64,000 bases of DNA, from positions 15,996,001 to 16,060,000 of the forward strand of contig JBHGNT010000001.1 in NCBI GenBank assembly GCA_043228905.1. Direction: 5' to 3'. Positions within the stretch are counted from its first letter, which is position 1. The number at the start of each line of letters is the position of its first letter. Source of the stretch: Azolla caroliniana. Taxonomy: Eukaryota > Plantae > Polypodiophyta. Positions 62,521 to 64,000 of this stretch are shown in pieces. The translations under genes and the position numbers were made by a program. A model generated the notes under the pieces. The model ran no database searches. It worked only from the letters and a program-made list of their open reading frames with translations, and was not told the origin of the DNA.

Positions 62521-64000
62521 GTAGTCATATGGCAGGTGGGAGCAAAGGTCTCATCAAAATCAATGCCTTTTTCTTGGGCATAACCTTTCGCAACAAGCCT
62601 AGCCTTATACCTGTCTATTGTTCCATCAGGTTTACGCTTTAGCTTATATACCCACTTAGTGCCAATAGCCTTCTTGCCTGGAGGCAAGTCACATAAAGAC
62701 CATGTACCAGTCTTCATAATAGCATCATATTCTGATTGCATAGCAGCCATCCAATTTTCTGAATTTTGTGCTTCATCAAAAGAAACAAGCTTATTCTCAT
62801 CGCAAAGACTAGAGGCAGTCATAGCATAACAATCTGATGCAAAAGAAGCACTATGATAACCTGAACAAGTACGATATGACAAAGGAAAATCCAATTTACT
62901 GTCTTGCAAAGTCTGCAACAGCCATTTAGGCACAGTCTTTGCCTCCTCTATATGAGCCCTCTCATTAATAAGTGCATCATGTAAGTCTGCATCAGAAATA
63001 GAATGATCTGCATCATTATGAGTAGCTTCCAAAGGCTGAGAAGGTGCCTCAAGTGTGCCAACACTTAACTGTCCACTTGTAAACAGAGGCAACAAAGTGT
63101 CATACACATCTTTGGAGCTAACTGATGTCTCCTTCGTACATGAAAGAAGTGGCTGAATTGCATCCTCCACAAAAACATCACGGCTAACCAAAATGCGTTT
63201 AGATTGTGGATGATACAGACAATAGCCTTTACTTTCAGAACTGTATCCTACAAAAATACATTTCACTGCTTTATCATCCAATTTTTTGCGTTGTTGTTTA
63301 GGCACTAATGCATATGCCAAACAACCAAAAACATGCAAATGAGCAACAAATGGCTTTTGGCCATGTCAAGCTTCATATGGAGTGATAGAGTGCAGTGCTT
63401 TAGTGGGACACCTGTTGAGTACATATGCTGCACACATGACAGCCTCAAGCCAGAAACTATGTGGTAAGGCCTGACTTTTGACCATACACCTCGCCTTTTC
63501 CATGAGTGACCTGTTCTTTCTTTCAGCAACTCCATTTTGTTGAGTTGTATACGGCACTATACATTGATGTTTTATCCCACGTTCAGCCAGAAATGCATTA
63601 AACTCAGAGGACATATACTCCCCCCCCCGATCAGAACGGAGCGTGCCCATTTACATGCTGACAAATTCTCAGCCAAAGCTAGAAATTGTTTGAAGCACAA
63701 AAACACTTCGGACTTTGCCTTCAATGGATATACCCATGCATGGCTAGAAAAGTCATCAATGAAAGTCACGAAATAAAGATAGTTCCCAAGAGAATATGTC
63801 TGCATAGGACCACAGACGTCACTATGAACAAGCTGTAATTTCTGCGTAGCTCAAACAGAACCATCTTTTGGAAAGGATGAACGTTGCATTTTGCCCAAAA
63901 TACAGCCTTCCCAAACATGCTTCCAAGGTGCCTCAAGTTTGGGCAAGGAGGACACCATTTCAGATTTCTGCACGCGAAGCAAACTTGCAAAATTCAGATG

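Larger units (their letters stand above)
60507..64000 (-). mobile_element. Ty1/Copia element O (3' LTR, RNase H, RT, integrase); continues past the window
   Basis: PPT aagggggatt next to 60736; [31 protein letters not shown]; left LTR boundary approximate. Confidence 0.88.

Overview
Eukaryotic land-plant-type DNA, probably a non-seed plant (inferred from the element lineages). Bases 1-49.7 kb are a deeply nested LTR-retrotransposon cluster, reconstructed from LTR termini, PBS/PPT and target-site duplications (TSDs). A Copia element (F, 14812-49487) is split by a chromovirus (G, which contains a solo LTR, a second Gypsy H and, inside H, a Copia J), by an Ogre/Tat-like Gypsy with an extra 3' ORF (D) and by a solo LTR (I). 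To the left, further elements nest as E > C > B > A > H-family LTR. The only host gene is TAD2/ADAT2 (tRNA A34 deaminase), with four exons at 50961-52182 followed by a TE-filled intron that runs out of the window. The most unusual signal is a tRNA-derived Pol III A-box/B-box cassette in the U3 region of three different LTR families (four copies). It is always antisense to, and about 110-210 bp upstream of, the LTR TATA box. Other points: a Gypsy family with non-canonical TG...TA termini, a Copia whose 5' LTR carries a copy of its own 3' deletion junction, and strong CCGG retention alongside CAG/CTG decay. Coordinates were counted by eye and may be off by a few bases. Element letters are my own labels.
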